NCBI GenBank assembly: GCA_010909165.1
Contig: MU008195.1
Location: 310,001 to 374,000 of the forward strand
Direction: 5' to 3'
Length of the DNA: 64,000 bases
Origin: Anthoceros angustus
Taxonomy: Eukaryota; Plantae; Anthocerotophyta
In this document: piece by piece, positions 1 through 11,900 of the stretch
Numbering within the stretch: position 1 is the first letter of the stretch
How the letters are laid out: every line of letters starts with the position of its first letter
Notes under the pieces: generated by a model
Database searches by the model: none
What the model was told of the DNA's origin: nothing
Seen by the model: the letters and a program-made list of their open reading frames with translations, nothing else
Position numbers and translations under genes: made by a program

Positions 1-1110
1 CGGGGTGTACTTCCGCTCATGCTCCCAGGCAATTTGAGCCATCATGTTAAGGGAAGACCTAGCATCTCTCTCATCAACCACCTCCCTGGGGAATGGTATC
101 CTAATCTCCCTGATTTCCTGCGGGTCACGCGTCAATACCTGAAGATCAAACCCTAACCTATCCACCCATGTTATGCTTACTTGGGCCACCTCTGCCGCAA
201 CACGAGCATAGACATTGCAGAACCGGAGGACATCTTCAAAGTGCTCCCTGTTCATGTCTTCAACAATCCTTGCTGCACATTCCCTCAGGGGATCCGCAGC
301 AGCTTGTGCATACTCCGGCCCGGATACCCAGTTTTCCTCCTCCCCAACATCCTGAGCCTGCAGAAGCTCCTCCACATTTAGGACGAACAACTCATCACTG
401 CTGTTGTCTGTGCCAAATCTTCTTTCCCATGCCACCTTTAGCTTAATAACATCCGAAGCATCTGCCTTACTAATCTTCCCTTTCAACGTGCATTGTGGCT
501 TTTGCCTCCCAGGTTGCTCCAATTGCACATGGAGGCTGCACCGGCTTTCAGCCAAGACATGGCCAGTATGCAGGGCAGTCGAGGCCAGACGGAAAACAGG
601 GTTCCCCTCAGGATCTACAGCAAAGCGCACTGCTGTGCCCAACGGCCACCCATCCTGAGACAGTGTGCACAACGTTCCTTCAGAGACGATGTCCACCACA
701 GTCCTCGCAGCCTCAGCTGCAGAGGGTCTGAGCAGCACCGACGGCGATGTAACAGGCGGGGCCGATGGAGGTGCAGCAGCTGATGCCACCACCCGCACTC
801 CCCTCCCAGGAGCCTGTGCACACATATGCCCACGTTATCAAACCGGCTCAGGTCAGCATCTCAGACAAAGCACAGCACACACTGATCCAAAAGCTAGCCA
901 GCAGAAATCACCCAACAATGCGACAAAATCCACTGGAGGAAGAGAGGACATCATCAAATCGGTTCCACTGACATGTTGCAGCGGAAACACAGAGGGCGCA
1001 GCTCCTAGAGAAAGATTCAATGAAACTCTGAGACGCTGCAATGGCAAGCCCCGCTGCTGCGACACAGAGGGCAGCGCAGGCAGCTGCAAACAGCGCAGAG
1101 CAACCGCCAT
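1..1110 (-). CDS. PGR7: Glutamyl-tRNA reductase-binding protein (GluTRBP/PGR7), chloroplast; 3'-partial. Model: complement(join(<1..813,973..1110))
   Basis: Manual minus-strand translation of 813..1 is open and runs off the edge, so it is absent from the ORF track. It reads ...GTLCTLSQDGWPLGTAVRFAVDPEGNPV...SLHVQLEQPGRQKPQCTLKG...DPLRECAARIVEDMN...RFCNVYA...WVDRLGFDLQV...RIPFPREVVDERDARSSLNMMAQIAWE, matching remembered Arabidopsis GBP/PGR7 motifs. Exon 1 (MAVALRCLQLPALP...PLQH) looks like a transit peptide and is joined by a phase-0 GT-AG intron at 814..972. Confidence 0.92.
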
Positions 1111-2042
1111 GGCTGGTTTCGCTCAACGGACTGACAGAAGCCAAAAGGATGGCATGATCTAGACTGGATAGAGATGCTCCTTGGTGATTAGGGCTGCCAA
1201 AAAGCCCGTTTCACACAGACGATGTGACCGCAATGGTGGTATCTGGAAGGCGCAACACGACATGAACGAAGGCAATCATGGACTGGAATGCGGACACTGT
1301 TTCGCCGGTAGCGCCAGTTTCGCCTGTTGGGTTCTTGCCAACGTGAAGCCTCAAAGTGGTTGCTGCTTCTTTCACGACCCGCCTCTCCTGCTTCTGCATT
1401 GCAGGCAGCTGGCGAAGGTTTCTCCTGGCTCACGTGATTTCATCGGAGGTCGGTGCAGTAGCATTTTTGTAGAGCTAGAGGTGCCGGAGTGCTTGATCGT
1501 GCTGAAAGCGCCTGGAAATCTTTGGTTTCTTGGAGCTCCCAAAGCGTGCTTGATCGGAGAAGTAGCTGCATTCTCTTGCGTCTATCAATTCCATGTGCTA
1601 ATTCAGATCAGCTTGGCTGCAGCTTGCTGAGGTGATCTGTAGCAGTGGCGAGGCTGCCGCTTGTTCGCCTATTGGCGTATTTCCTTCCGTTCTTGGTTGA
1701 GGGCGTGCACACAGGCGTGCAGGTTGGTGAGGTGAGATTGGAGTTCTCTTTGCAAATATGCACAGGGAGAACGCTGCCTCTGCGACGATGTTATGAGCTC
1801 AATTGTGCCGTTCTTTGCTGTTCTGTCGACTTCAAAACCTTGTATTAGTATTTGCCCGCCTGTCACCCTTCTGCTCTAGCGTTGTACTGTTCTGTTGTGT
1901 TCTCCTTGAAAAGTTTAGCCTTGGCTAACTCGTCTTGTCCTTCAGATCTGAAATGCGCTGCCAGTCCAGCGAAAGACCATAGCTACACACTTTCGTGGAA
2001 TCTTGTGGTGACTCGTTTTGAAGCATGGGATTCGGGGAGACC

Positions 2043-2477
2043 ATGAAGGCTGAAGTCTCCGCTCCTCTCTACTGCCTGCTCTTCCTGCTAATCTTGCAGA
2101 GCAGCGCGCTGATTGGTGCTCAAGCCTCATCTCCTGCACCAGCGCCTGAAGACGGTGAAGATGGTGACTATCAGCTGTCACTTCCTATAGTCAGTCCTCC
2201 ATCTCCCCCGCTTCCGGCTCCAGCCGGTTCTCAAACGGTATTCTCACCTCCAGCTCCTCCAACTGAAAGCGGCGCAGGGGGTCCAGTAACAGGTAGTCAG
2301 ACGTCATCAAGCACCTCAAAAGACGGCAAGCATGGTCTCTCAGCAGCAGCCAAAGGAGGAATTTCTGTCGCAGTTATATTGGGGATTATTGTTGCCTGCA
2401 TAGTCATCTACGTTAAACGTGTGAGGGAGGAGAACATGAGGAGGCAGCAACAGTCACACATGCACCCCATTCGCTGA
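2043..2477 (+). CDS. Small type-I membrane protein with Pro/Ser-rich (AGP-like) ectodomain
   Basis: Signal peptide (LYCLLFLLILQSSALIGAQA), APAP/SPPSPP-rich region, TM helix (GGISVAVILGIIVACIVIYV) and a basic stop-transfer segment KRVREENMRR. ATG 2043 is preferred over 2025. Confidence 0.7.
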   Translation: MKAEVSAPLYCLLFLLILQSSALIGAQASSPAPAPEDGEDGDYQLSLPIVSPPSPPLPAPAGSQTVFSPPAPPTESGAGGPVTGSQTSSSTSKDGKHGLSAAAKGGISVAVILGIIVACIVIYVKRVREENMRRQQQSHMHPIR

Positions 2478-3552
2478 CTAGTCCATATTAATGGTTCTCG
2501 GACTATCTGTCCATATCAATGGCTTTCCACAAACAATCTAGCGACAATTATATACCAGGTAGCTCTACGAAATGGGGATTGCTGTTTTCAGAAGGCGTTA
2601 TCCTTATACCAGTTTGCCACACTGTTCCCCTTTACCAGTTTGACAGTTTTCTCACGGACTTGAGTTTCTCGCTGTCAGGGGGTTATTTTGGAGGTGGTTG
2701 CGGACTTCCAACGCATCAGACCGTAGTCGAGACATTCTAATTTCAGTATTGCTGAGCGAGCACATTTTGCCGAGGTTTTCGAGTTCTGTCGTAAATAAAA
2801 CGATTCGCATATTGTCCTTAATGCATTCCAATTGTGGCGCAATTGTTTTGAACCAGAAACAAACCGATGCCTACGATAAGACATCACATATGGAGAAATG
2901 AATGGAAACGGACATTGCCCGATGGCAGCATCCACTAGGTAGTCAAGAACTGTTTCCTGTGTGAGCCCTTTTCACTCTCGGCTTACCACCCATGACTCAT
3001 CTGCCAATCTTCACAAATGCCCTTGGAGTGCAAGCTTGAAGTACCATCTTCTTCCCGGCAGATTGCACATTCACAATCAGGTCAATGCCAAACGCCGAAT
3101 AAGCAAATGTCTTTGTGCTCGGGAGATGAAAATAGCCTGTGACGGTGACTTGCCGCTGTCACTTGCCGGTAATGTGTTCAGGTTCTAACCGGGTAACATG
3201 CAGCAGACCTCCGCGCAGCAGGTCTGGCTGTTCACTTGGCGGTACAAGAGTCTGGATAGCAGGGTGGATAATCACCAAACCCCCTCAACAGTAACCTGTT
3301 ACGAACACCTCTCTGTGACCAAGGTCGAGCAATGAGATACTTCGCTCACTTCTTAGACTGCAAAGAATCAGGATCTGAAAAGACACCATCTCAGAACTGA
3401 ACTTGCAGCCAACATACATCGTTGCCCCGAACCTTGTCTGGAGATGGTGGGGAAACTCTTCAACAGTCGTCATAAAAGACTCATTCTGAGGAATGAAGAG
3501 GTTCTTTCGGTTGGCAAGACACCATAGATAGTTTATAATACCAAAACGCAAA

Positions 3553-5217
3553 CTAAGTAAAGTTGAACAAATCTTGATTGCTCTGTCTGGTGCACTCCTC
3601 TGTTAACGCTAGAGTTAGCATTTCAATGGTAAATGAATCATCAGGCTTTATGCCAAGAGCCTTGTGGTAATAATCAATAGCCAAGCCCATGTTGCCCTGT
3701 ATGTGGTGAGTAAAACCAAGGGCAGCATAGGTACTTGCACCTCTAGGGTAAAGTGCAAGGGCTCTTTCATACATGGAGATGGCCTCTGTATATAACTTCA
3801 GCTTCCGTAATGTGTGAGCCAGATTCACAATTGTGGTCTCCCAGGCATCTGTGACTGGTGCAGGCACAAGAATCAGTGCTTTCCGTAACCATCTGGCTGC
3901 AGCTTCATAGTCCTTATTCCGGTAAGCCAGGACACCCAGTTCATTGTACACCAGGGGATCTGTAGGACAGATGTTCCTTGCTTGTAGAAAAAACTGCTCG
4001 GCAAGATTCAGGCTTGTACTTCGTAAATACTCAATCCCTATGCACAGCACCGGCAAGTGACACCCAGCAAACAGCCTAGCAGCAGTTCTGTAAGCAGCCA
4101 TTGCTTGGTCACTCTCATCTTGTGCGGCATAAGCATTCCCAAACCCTAGCCACGCAGGTGCAAACCCGCCATCCAGAACAGTTGCCTTGCAGAAATAGCG
4201 GCGAGCATGATCAAACTGTCGAATGCAGTGGTAGTAGCACCCGACGGCAAACCAGGCTATAGCTTTCTGAGGGTATTCTTGCACCAGTGCATGCGCCCGC
4301 AAGAAAAGCTCATTCTTCCGATTCAGCTCCAAGGCAGCACAGAGGTGCAAAGAAATGCAGGATAGATGGTAGGGATCCCTATCTAGAATCAGTTTCGTAG
4401 TGTCATAACAGCGTTGAAACTCCCCCCTATGATAATAGTAGTCCGCCCTACAAGCTATCACATCATTGTTGTCCTTGAGGGAAAAGCCTGGATTCCCATC
4501 TTCCTCTGCCTGAGAAGCGTCCTCTGGTTCCCGTTCCAGCTCCGCAAATCTTGCCTCCATGGACGCCGTACTCTGACCATACTTCTTAGCCCTGCAAGAA
4601 TACACCAACGACAGCCACCGATCCTCCGGCTCGAACTTGAGCGAGTTCAACAGCTTCGTCTCCTCCTCACTGGTCAGCATGTGGTTGTCTATCAGGTGAG
4701 TAAAGGCTTCGTAACAGTAAGGATCTGCTTTCAAGGCGGCCTTGTACCATCGCAGGGCCCGACTCCGATTCTCCAGCGCCTCCAGCGCCCGCCCTCGCAA
4801 CAAGCACATGGCCGAGCTGACGCTAATCTCCCGATCATCCAAAGCCTCCCTGAAATCCAGAAACTCGGCATCCCCCGCCTCCTGCTCCAGGATCTGGACG
4901 TTGCCGTCCTCATCCACCTCCCCGTCCCCAAGCATGGCCAGACACTCATCCCACTCCTTCACCTCCTCCAAGCACTTGGCAGCCAGGTAGCGGAACCGAG
5001 AATCTGCTGGCACCAGATTGTGCCTACGCAGCAAGTGCACAGCTCTGCGGTATTGCTTCCCCAAGTACAAGGCCTGCACGTGCATGTACATGTCCTGCGT
5101 CGCGTTCCCGGCCATGGTGATGAGCTTGTCTGAAAAAAAAATGGCTGCCGAGTACAAATGCTTCCCCAGGCAGTCACGTACCACCGACCTCAGCTTCTCC
5201 ACCTCCATCTCCCACAT
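3553..5217 (-). CDS. APC6: Anaphase-promoting complex subunit 6 (APC6/CDC16), single-exon
   Basis: 554-aa uninterrupted ORF: EKLRSVVRDCLGKHLYSAAIFFSDK, RFRYLAAKCLEE, WFAVGCYY, DQAMAAYRTAARLF, CPTDPLVYNELGV, plus TPR repeats. First ATG is at 5217; the ORF track start is a GTG. Confidence 0.96.
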   Translation of the reverse strand: MWEMEVEKLRSVVRDCLGKHLYSAAIFFSDKLITMAGNATQDMYMHVQALYLGKQYRRAVHLLRRHNLVPADSRFRYLAAKCLEEVKEWDECLAMLGDGEVDEDGNVQILEQEAGDAEFLDFREALDDREISVSSAMCLLRGRALEALENRSRALRWYKAALKADPYCYEAFTHLIDNHMLTSEEETKLLNSLKFEPEDRWLSLVYSCRAKKYGQSTASMEARFAELEREPEDASQAEEDGNPGFSLKDNNDVIACRADYYYHRGEFQRCYDTTKLILDRDPYHLSCISLHLCAALELNRKNELFLRAHALVQEYPQKAIAWFAVGCYYHCIRQFDHARRYFCKATVLDGGFAPAWLGFGNAYAAQDESDQAMAAYRTAARLFAGCHLPVLCIGIEYLRSTSLNLAEQFFLQARNICPTDPLVYNELGVLAYRNKDYEAAARWLRKALILVPAPVTDAWETTIVNLAHTLRKLKLYTEAISMYERALALYPRGASTYAALGFTHHIQGNMGLAIDYYHKALGIKPDDSFTIEMLTLALTEECTRQSNQDLFNFT

Positions 5218-5302
5218 TCTGCCCTCCACACAGCCCTGCTCTCACTATCCTCCGTCTCTCTGCACTTCTCCAGCGCAAGCTTCGAGCCTTGGCGGTTTGA
5301 AT

Positions 5303-5311
5303 TTAGGGTTT
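5303..5311 (-). promoter_or_regulatory. Telo-box (AAACCCTAA) upstream of APC6
   Basis: ttagggttt ~90 nt upstream of the APC6 ATG. Telo-boxes are common near plant cell-cycle and translation genes. Short motif, could be chance. Confidence 0.35.
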
Positions 5312-5744
5312 TACTAAGGCTGAAATGGTGATTGCGACACTCCTGTCCAGGCCTTTGCTTCCAGGCCCGGCATTGCAATGGATGTGTTCACTGTGCGACA
5401 ACTTCGATGAAGCACCATCGCGATGTTTACAAGAACTGGTTTTTGAGAGTGAGATGACAATGGCGTCACCTTCCGAGTTCTCCATCGACCTACCAAGGCT
5501 TGGTAAAGGTTTTCCAATCCTTCTCCTTCAAAGTAGCCGTTGGACAGGACACTGTGTCACAGCCTGCCGATGGACTCCCGCTCGCTGTTTGCTTCCAGGC
5601 TCTCAAGCAGGGCGGCAGGGCTCAAGTCATAAACTGCAAGGCCTTTCACAGGATAACCGGTGAGCACCAATCAGGACCTTCCCATAGTTTCCGAGGATTC
5701 TCAATTCTCCACGACGAAGATTTTCTCAAAGCACTCAAAAGGAC

Positions 5745-5752
5745 TTTCCCGC
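5745..5752 (+). promoter_or_regulatory. Candidate E2F site TTTCCCGC upstream of APC6
   Basis: Exact match to the TTTSSCGS consensus ~530 nt upstream of a cell-cycle gene. 8-mer only. Confidence 0.3.
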
Positions 5753-5929
5753 TCAGATTGTGTAGGGAAACTATTATAATATTTTAATTTAAAGGGATAT
5801 CCTTTTTAACGAACTGTAGGGTATTAAGGGGACCCCAAAATGTCTTTATTGTCCGTAAAAAGAGTGTGCCGTGCACTCAGGAGTTCATTAGAACTCCATA
5901 GGCAAGCCTCTTGGGACGGATCACTACAA

Positions 5930-5989
5930 GGATGTAGTGTCTCTTGTCCCATGTTTCAACTAGGATGAGGAGTCTCTTGTCCCATGTTT
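5930..5989. repeat. ~31-bp tandem duplication (gtctcttgtcccatgttt core) in an AT-rich intergenic block
   Basis: ggatgtagtgtctcttgtcccatgtttc / ggatgaggagtctcttgtcccatgtttt. Confidence 0.7.
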
Positions 5990-7129
5990 TAAGGTTGTAC
6001 GGGGCTGGCTATTGATTTATTTCGGTTATTGTATCGGGTGTAACCAAATATCACGCATTTGCTGATTTTTATATATTTAAATAAAAAAAAGCCAAAATCA
6101 GTCTTCCATCTGTCCCTTTTATTCATCAAGAGATGTGTTTGTTAGTAAAAAGTCATAAATAGAAGGGTTATTAATGGTCTAATTTATAATGAATTCATAA
6201 AATAATCTAGACCCAATTTCACTTGTGACTGGCGTCCATTGCTCTCCAATGGGCACTAGTCATAGGATCAATTCTCGGGACGGCCATAACTACAAGTGAT
6301 GACTGTTCGATAACCTTTGATGTATCATGCTAAGCTTTTAAATTTGCCTAATCATGATATTTTAGGAGTTTATGGGCTATGTTAGATTCAGAGCTTAGTT
6401 GCTCCCTCTTACTTATGACCCTCAAAATCTCCTATGAGTGTTGGCCTTTCAAAGGTAGATGGGCTCACGCCATATCTTTTGCCTTAATAAAGCCACTTCA
6501 TATTCCCTACAAAGGGTTAGGTAACTTCATTTCATCTCCACTAAGTAAGGGAAGCAAGATGGTATGGCAGATGGGATGGAACGCTGTGTTGATTGAGAGT
6601 TTTGGCGAAGGCTTTGTTGAGTGTATGCTGAATATTAGTTATGTTGGTTTACGACTTGTGTTTGGGAGACAGTGTATCTAGTGTGTGTTCAATGGATTCT
6701 GTTTATATCGTATAGTTAGTTATTACTTTTCTTAACTTCCTAATTTTTTCTTTAACTTTGCAACTTTAAATTAATAGACCAGATATTCGTAGGGAGATAT
6801 TTCGAAATTCAGTTCCCGACACATCCAACACGAGCTCGGTGGTGAGACGGCAAATTCATAGAGGAAAACATCGTAACCGTTGCGGCAGCTGTCACCTGCA
6901 ACCAAAACCTTGTCATTTCATTTTCACCTTGCTCCTCAAGTTCGTACGTATGCTGTCAACTGGCCAGATGTCCTCGGTATTCCGATGAAGGTGGTGTGAC
7001 CACTGGTGATGGCAGTTACGACGTGACAATGTCCGTGGGACTGAACGTTCTTTGCCAAGAGGAGACGGAGTGAAGTCCTTTCAGCTTATGATAGTAACTG
7101 TGGATCGTGCCTTTTAAAGTCCCCTCGAG

Positions 7130-7156
7130 TCGTGAATCGTGAATCGTGAATCGTGA
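7130..7156. repeat. (TCGTGAA)n heptamer microsatellite, followed by a GA-rich tract ~7226-7247
   Basis: tcgtgaatcgtgaatcgtgaatcgtga seen directly. Confidence 0.8.
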
Positions 7157-7948
7157 TTTCAAGGCCTGACGATTCTCCCTTTATGGCGCGAGTTTTTCCA
7201 CAAAATTTCGAGCAAAGCTGAGCGGAGGAGAGAAGAGAGAGAGAGAGCAAGAGCCGGGGGCACACGAGCAACACAAGCCGGCGCCTCCTGCTGCGGCTGG
7301 CACTGGGGGACGAGCCAGAGGACACGACAATCTTCTCCTCTGCACCGCTCCATTATTCCTCCGGATCGGATCACGACAACTGCGTGGGAGACAGTGCAGC
7401 CGTGACATCTGCTGCTCGCCCAAGCCTATCGCGAGCGCAAACTTTGCTGGAGAGCTTGGCTCGCTGTGTGCGATTTGCAGCACCAAGTCCGTGCAATTGA
7501 GGCTTAGAGTGGTGCCTCCGCAGGGCCTGACTCAGGAGGCAGTCAGCTGCTCAATCTTTGTGCTCCAATAAGTAGGGTGCGGCCGAGAATGCGCATTTGA
7601 ACCTCGACTGCGGCGGGAGGCGGAGATTTGTGGAGCACAGACTAGAGTTGCTTCCTCTTGGAAATTGCCTTTCGGATTTGTGGCGACCTGAATTATCCTC
7701 GGAAGATTGGTAAGGGAAAGTACTGCACGAGTTTCAGATAGCCTGACCGCTCCTTGGTCCGGAACGGTTTGGCTTGCGGACGACTGACGAGGCATTGCGC
7801 AACACTGTGTTCTGATGCTTCTCTGCACAGGTAATTCTTGGAGTCTGGCAACTTCAGGTGGCTTCTGCCGGTTTCGAGAGCTTTCGGGAGGCTTCGAGAG
7901 CAGAAGCAGTTCAGACGTTGCAGTCCAGACCTACTTATCGGGCACAAT

Positions 7949-8550
7949 ATGCAGCGCTCGAACAGCATACATCTTACGGTGGAGGCGGACCATCTCGTCT
8001 CCTCTCCCAGCGCGGCACAAGTCCATGCTGCCTCCGGACCGGCACCAAGGCAGAGTGTCGCCTCCTTGCCGAAGAATCTGAGCGTGAGTACTCTTGATCT
8101 TCACGATGACTATGAAGTCGACCACAATGACAAGAAGAAGCAGTCAAAGATTCGGCCAGAACACCTTCTTCATCTTATACCAGTGGTCCTGTTTTTCTGC
8201 GGGCTGATTTTGTGGTGTCAAACAACAGGTGAGACGTGTTTCTTGAAGCTGCTGGTTATCGTTCGTTACCCCAGCTCTGGGTTCTGGTGAATGGTAAGCC
8301 CGTCTCTGACATGCATTCACATCGTCTCATGTATGATATGGCAGAACCGAGTGTCGATTACCTGCTTGAGGTCAGAGGAATGAAGCCTGCCGAAACCAAC
8401 CCAACAGTGCCTACCGTTGAAGCTGTAAATGGCGTTGCCCAAACAAAGAACATGCTAGTAACGCGGCAGAAGTCTTCCGTTGCTTTCACAGGCTTCAATA
8501 TTGCCAAGGAGGCTAATCAAGCGGGCTTGAAGGCTGACACCGCAAGATGA
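7949..8550 (+). CDS. Small plant membrane protein of unknown function; join(7949..8228,8345..8550)
   Basis: MQRSNS...EHLLHLIPVVLFFCGLILW resembles a plant-specific 'E-x-x-HLIP-hydrophobic' TM family. A phase-1 GT-AG intron at 8229..8344 joins ORF 7838 and ORF 8236 in frame. Confidence 0.65.
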
Positions 8551-8932
8551 CGTCCGATGGCAACTACACGTAGACGAGAAGGGGCCATCGATTCGGGCGT
8601 GGAAGTCACTTGCAGATGGGGCAGGTACTCACCGACCAATACAAGTACCAGCTCTGTACAATTTTGTAGCGTAGATTGTCAGACAGGTTGTCTGAACAGG
8701 CTGTATCGAGCGCGCCAGCTTGATAAACAGTTGCTTAACTAATGTAGACCATTCCGGTAATCGTAAGAGACCGTCAGGATGGGGCAACAATCATCAAGTA
8801 ATGGTTTAAACAGTAGTCCGGAATAATGCTTCCATGAAGCCGCCTTAGAAGCAAGGCTGGACAGGAAGATTATGTTCACTGAACATACAGCAGTCTCAAT
8901 TCTGGTATGTCCGAACCCTCGGAAACTGCCAG

Positions 8933-11900
8933 TCATTTTCTGGACATAAAAGACTCCTTCAGCTGTGTGCCCAAATCTTTTAACGTCGTATACAGTACTT
9001 CTTTCTGTTCATGCCTGTGGTCTCCAACAAGAAATGTATGCTTCTCCTGTCCATGCTCAATCCAGCTCTGGCCAGGCTTCTTCCAGGCATCTCCACTCTG
9101 TCTCAACTGATCTATTTCGTCCGCAGACTCCAGCATGCCAGCATCAGCATAGATATTTGACATGAGCACATAAGCAGCAGAATGCTTGGGATTCAAGCCA
9201 ACTGCTGCATCAAATGCCCTTCTCCCAAGTCTCACATTACCATGCTTTTGGCAGGCACCTAGCAGGCATAACCACACAGGAAGGTCAGGCTGCATTGGCA
9301 TTTGCGATAACATGTCTTCTGCCTCGCTAAAAAGACCTGCGCGGCCAAGAAGATCAATAACACAAGCATAATGCTCCAACTCTGGAGAAATGCCATGATC
9401 CCGGGTCATGCTTTCAAAGTGCTTCAGTCCGTCATCTACCATGCCTGCATGACTGCACGCAGACAGGATTGCCACAAACGTGACTCTATTTGGTTCTATG
9501 CCTGCTAGACACATGTCGTTGTAGCACTCCATAGTCTGCTCCAAAGCTCCCATTCGAGCATACCCAGCAATTAGTGCAGTCCATACGACCACATCATGCT
9601 GAGGCAGTGAGTCAAATACACGCTGAGCCTGTCCCATGCTGCCACATTTACCATAGGCATGGATGAGACTGCTTGCCACTGCTGGACTACACTCCAATCC
9701 AGTCTCAATAACATGCTGGTGAACTCGAACACAGGTATCTAAGGCCCCAGTATTGCTACAAGCTTCCAAGACGGAAACAAATGTAGACTCCTGTGGCTTC
9801 ACGCCTTCTGCCTGCATTTGGATGTACAGTTGTAGAGCCTTGTCGCCTTGATCCTGCTGAGAGTAAGCTGCGATCATGAGCGTCCACGTCACCTCATTGC
9901 GCTGGGACAATCTGTCAAATACTTGTTCAGCATCCTTGACGCTCCCACACTTTGAATACATACTAACTAAAGTGTTACCCACAAACATGTCCGTTTCAAG
10001 GTCCATGCTCACAACCTCAGCATGGATCACCTTTGCCTGTTGCAGAGACTCCACCTGGACAAACTGCCCATCCACCAGAGAACTCTTCTCCTGGTCTGCA
10101 ACCATGCCACATGCTTGGAGGGCACCTACAAACGTCCGCGCATCAGGCCTGATGCCTTGCTTTTGCATTTGCCGGTACATCGCTAAGGCGTTTCCACCTT
10201 CATGTTGGGCAGCATAGCCTGCAATTAGTGCATTCCATGATACTACAGTGCGCTGGGACAATGCATCAAACACCTGACGTGCCTCTGTGATGCTTCCACA
10301 CTTTGAATACAGGCTAACCAAACTGTTGTTAAAGAAGACGTCTCCATCAGAACCAGTCCCAATAGCTCTTGCATGTATCTGCTTACCCTTGTGCAGGGTT
10401 ACTACCTTGAGGTTTCGCCCAAGCACCATGACACTGTCCTCCTTCTCTGCAATGGCACCACATGCTTGAAGGGCGCTCACGAAGGTCCTAGTATCTGGCC
10501 TCACCTTTGCTTCTACCATCTGTTCAAAAATCTGCAAGGCCCTTTCTCCTTGGTCCTGCTGGGCGTAGGCTGCAATCATTGCATTCCAGGACACTACATT
10601 GCGCTCCACCAGACTATCAAACACCTTTTGCGCATCCACAATGCTCCCACACTTTGCATACATACTTACCAGAGTGTTAGCAACAAAGACATTTGATCCA
10701 AAACCCCCTTGAATAGCTTCAGCATGTATCTTCTTGCCCTGCTCCAGCGTCTTCTCCTTCACCATTTGACCACCTACAAGTAAGCTTTTCTCCAGTTCGG
10801 ACAGGGTCCCACATGCTTGAAGAACAGCTACGTAAGTCCGTGCATCTGCCCTCACTTCCTCCACTTGCATTTTCTGAAAAATCTGCAAGGCCTTGTCTCC
10901 TTGGCCCTGTTGAGCATAAGCCGCAATTATTGCATTCCAAGACACAAGATTCCGTTTAGGCAGGGTATCAAAAGCCCTCTGAGCATCCACCATGCTCCCA
11001 CACTTCGCGTACATGCTGACCAAAGTGCTCCCAACAAAAACGTCTGACTCAAGCCCAAGGTTAGCAGCGTCAGCATGAATTCGTCTGGCCTCCACCGGGT
11101 CCTTTAACCTGCTGCATGCTTTGAGTAAGCTGACAAATGTGTAGTTGTTGGGCTGAACACCTTCCTGTTGCATCTGTTCATAGCATGAGAGAGCCTCCCG
11201 ACATTGTCCAGCGTTGCTATAGCCTGAGATGATGGCTGTCCAAGAGAAGGCATCGCGTCGAGACAAGCGTTGAAAAACTGGAAGTGCATCTTTAAGGCTT
11301 CCACAATTCACCAATGTTATGACCAGAAGGTCGCCCAACACGCTGTTCGACTCCAATCCATGTTTTGCAATGTGTGAGTATACTAGCTTGGCGCTGGCAA
11401 GGGCTTTCTCCTTCAAACATGCCTGCAACAGGTGCTGATACATCTGTACCGAAGGAACACTCCCCTGCACATCCAATTGCTTCAGAATGCCCAGTGCCTC
11501 ATATAGCCGTCCCTGCTTGCATAAACTCTCCACCTCCCATGAGTCCCTAGGGCTAACAGGCGTCCTGCAATAGCAGAATTCCAAACTCACAATTGCACTA
11601 ATTCTCCTTCTCACATAAATCCCAGCACTTGTTGCAGGCTTGTGGAACAATATTCAGAACAGCACAGTACCTCTCGTTGGCAGTCCACGGAGACATACTC
11701 ATCCCAGTCTGCAGCCGAGAATTCACCGTCACCGGAGCTGGCTTCCGTATGCAGTTCAACCATAGCCTAGATTCAAGTGTCTTCTGCCTGGAAGGCCTCT
11801 TCTGCAGGCATTGTAAAGGCCACTGTCAGGGTCCTCATAAGAACGACAGGATTGCTTATCAATCACTCCCAACGTCAGCCCCAGTGAGCATCAAAACAAC

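Noticed and set aside
139-180. Intron in PGR7 suggested by gtaagc...cag
   Set aside because: The segment reads through in frame as the conserved VSITWVDRLGFDLQ.
168-1866. Plus-strand ORFs (e.g. 665..1162, 1181..1630)
   Set aside because: Antisense shadows of PGR7 or promoter/UTR sequence with no recognisable domains.
4414-5133. Long antisense/alternate-frame ORFs over APC6, the PPRs and the RLKs
   Set aside because: Expected by-products of GC-rich coding sequence.
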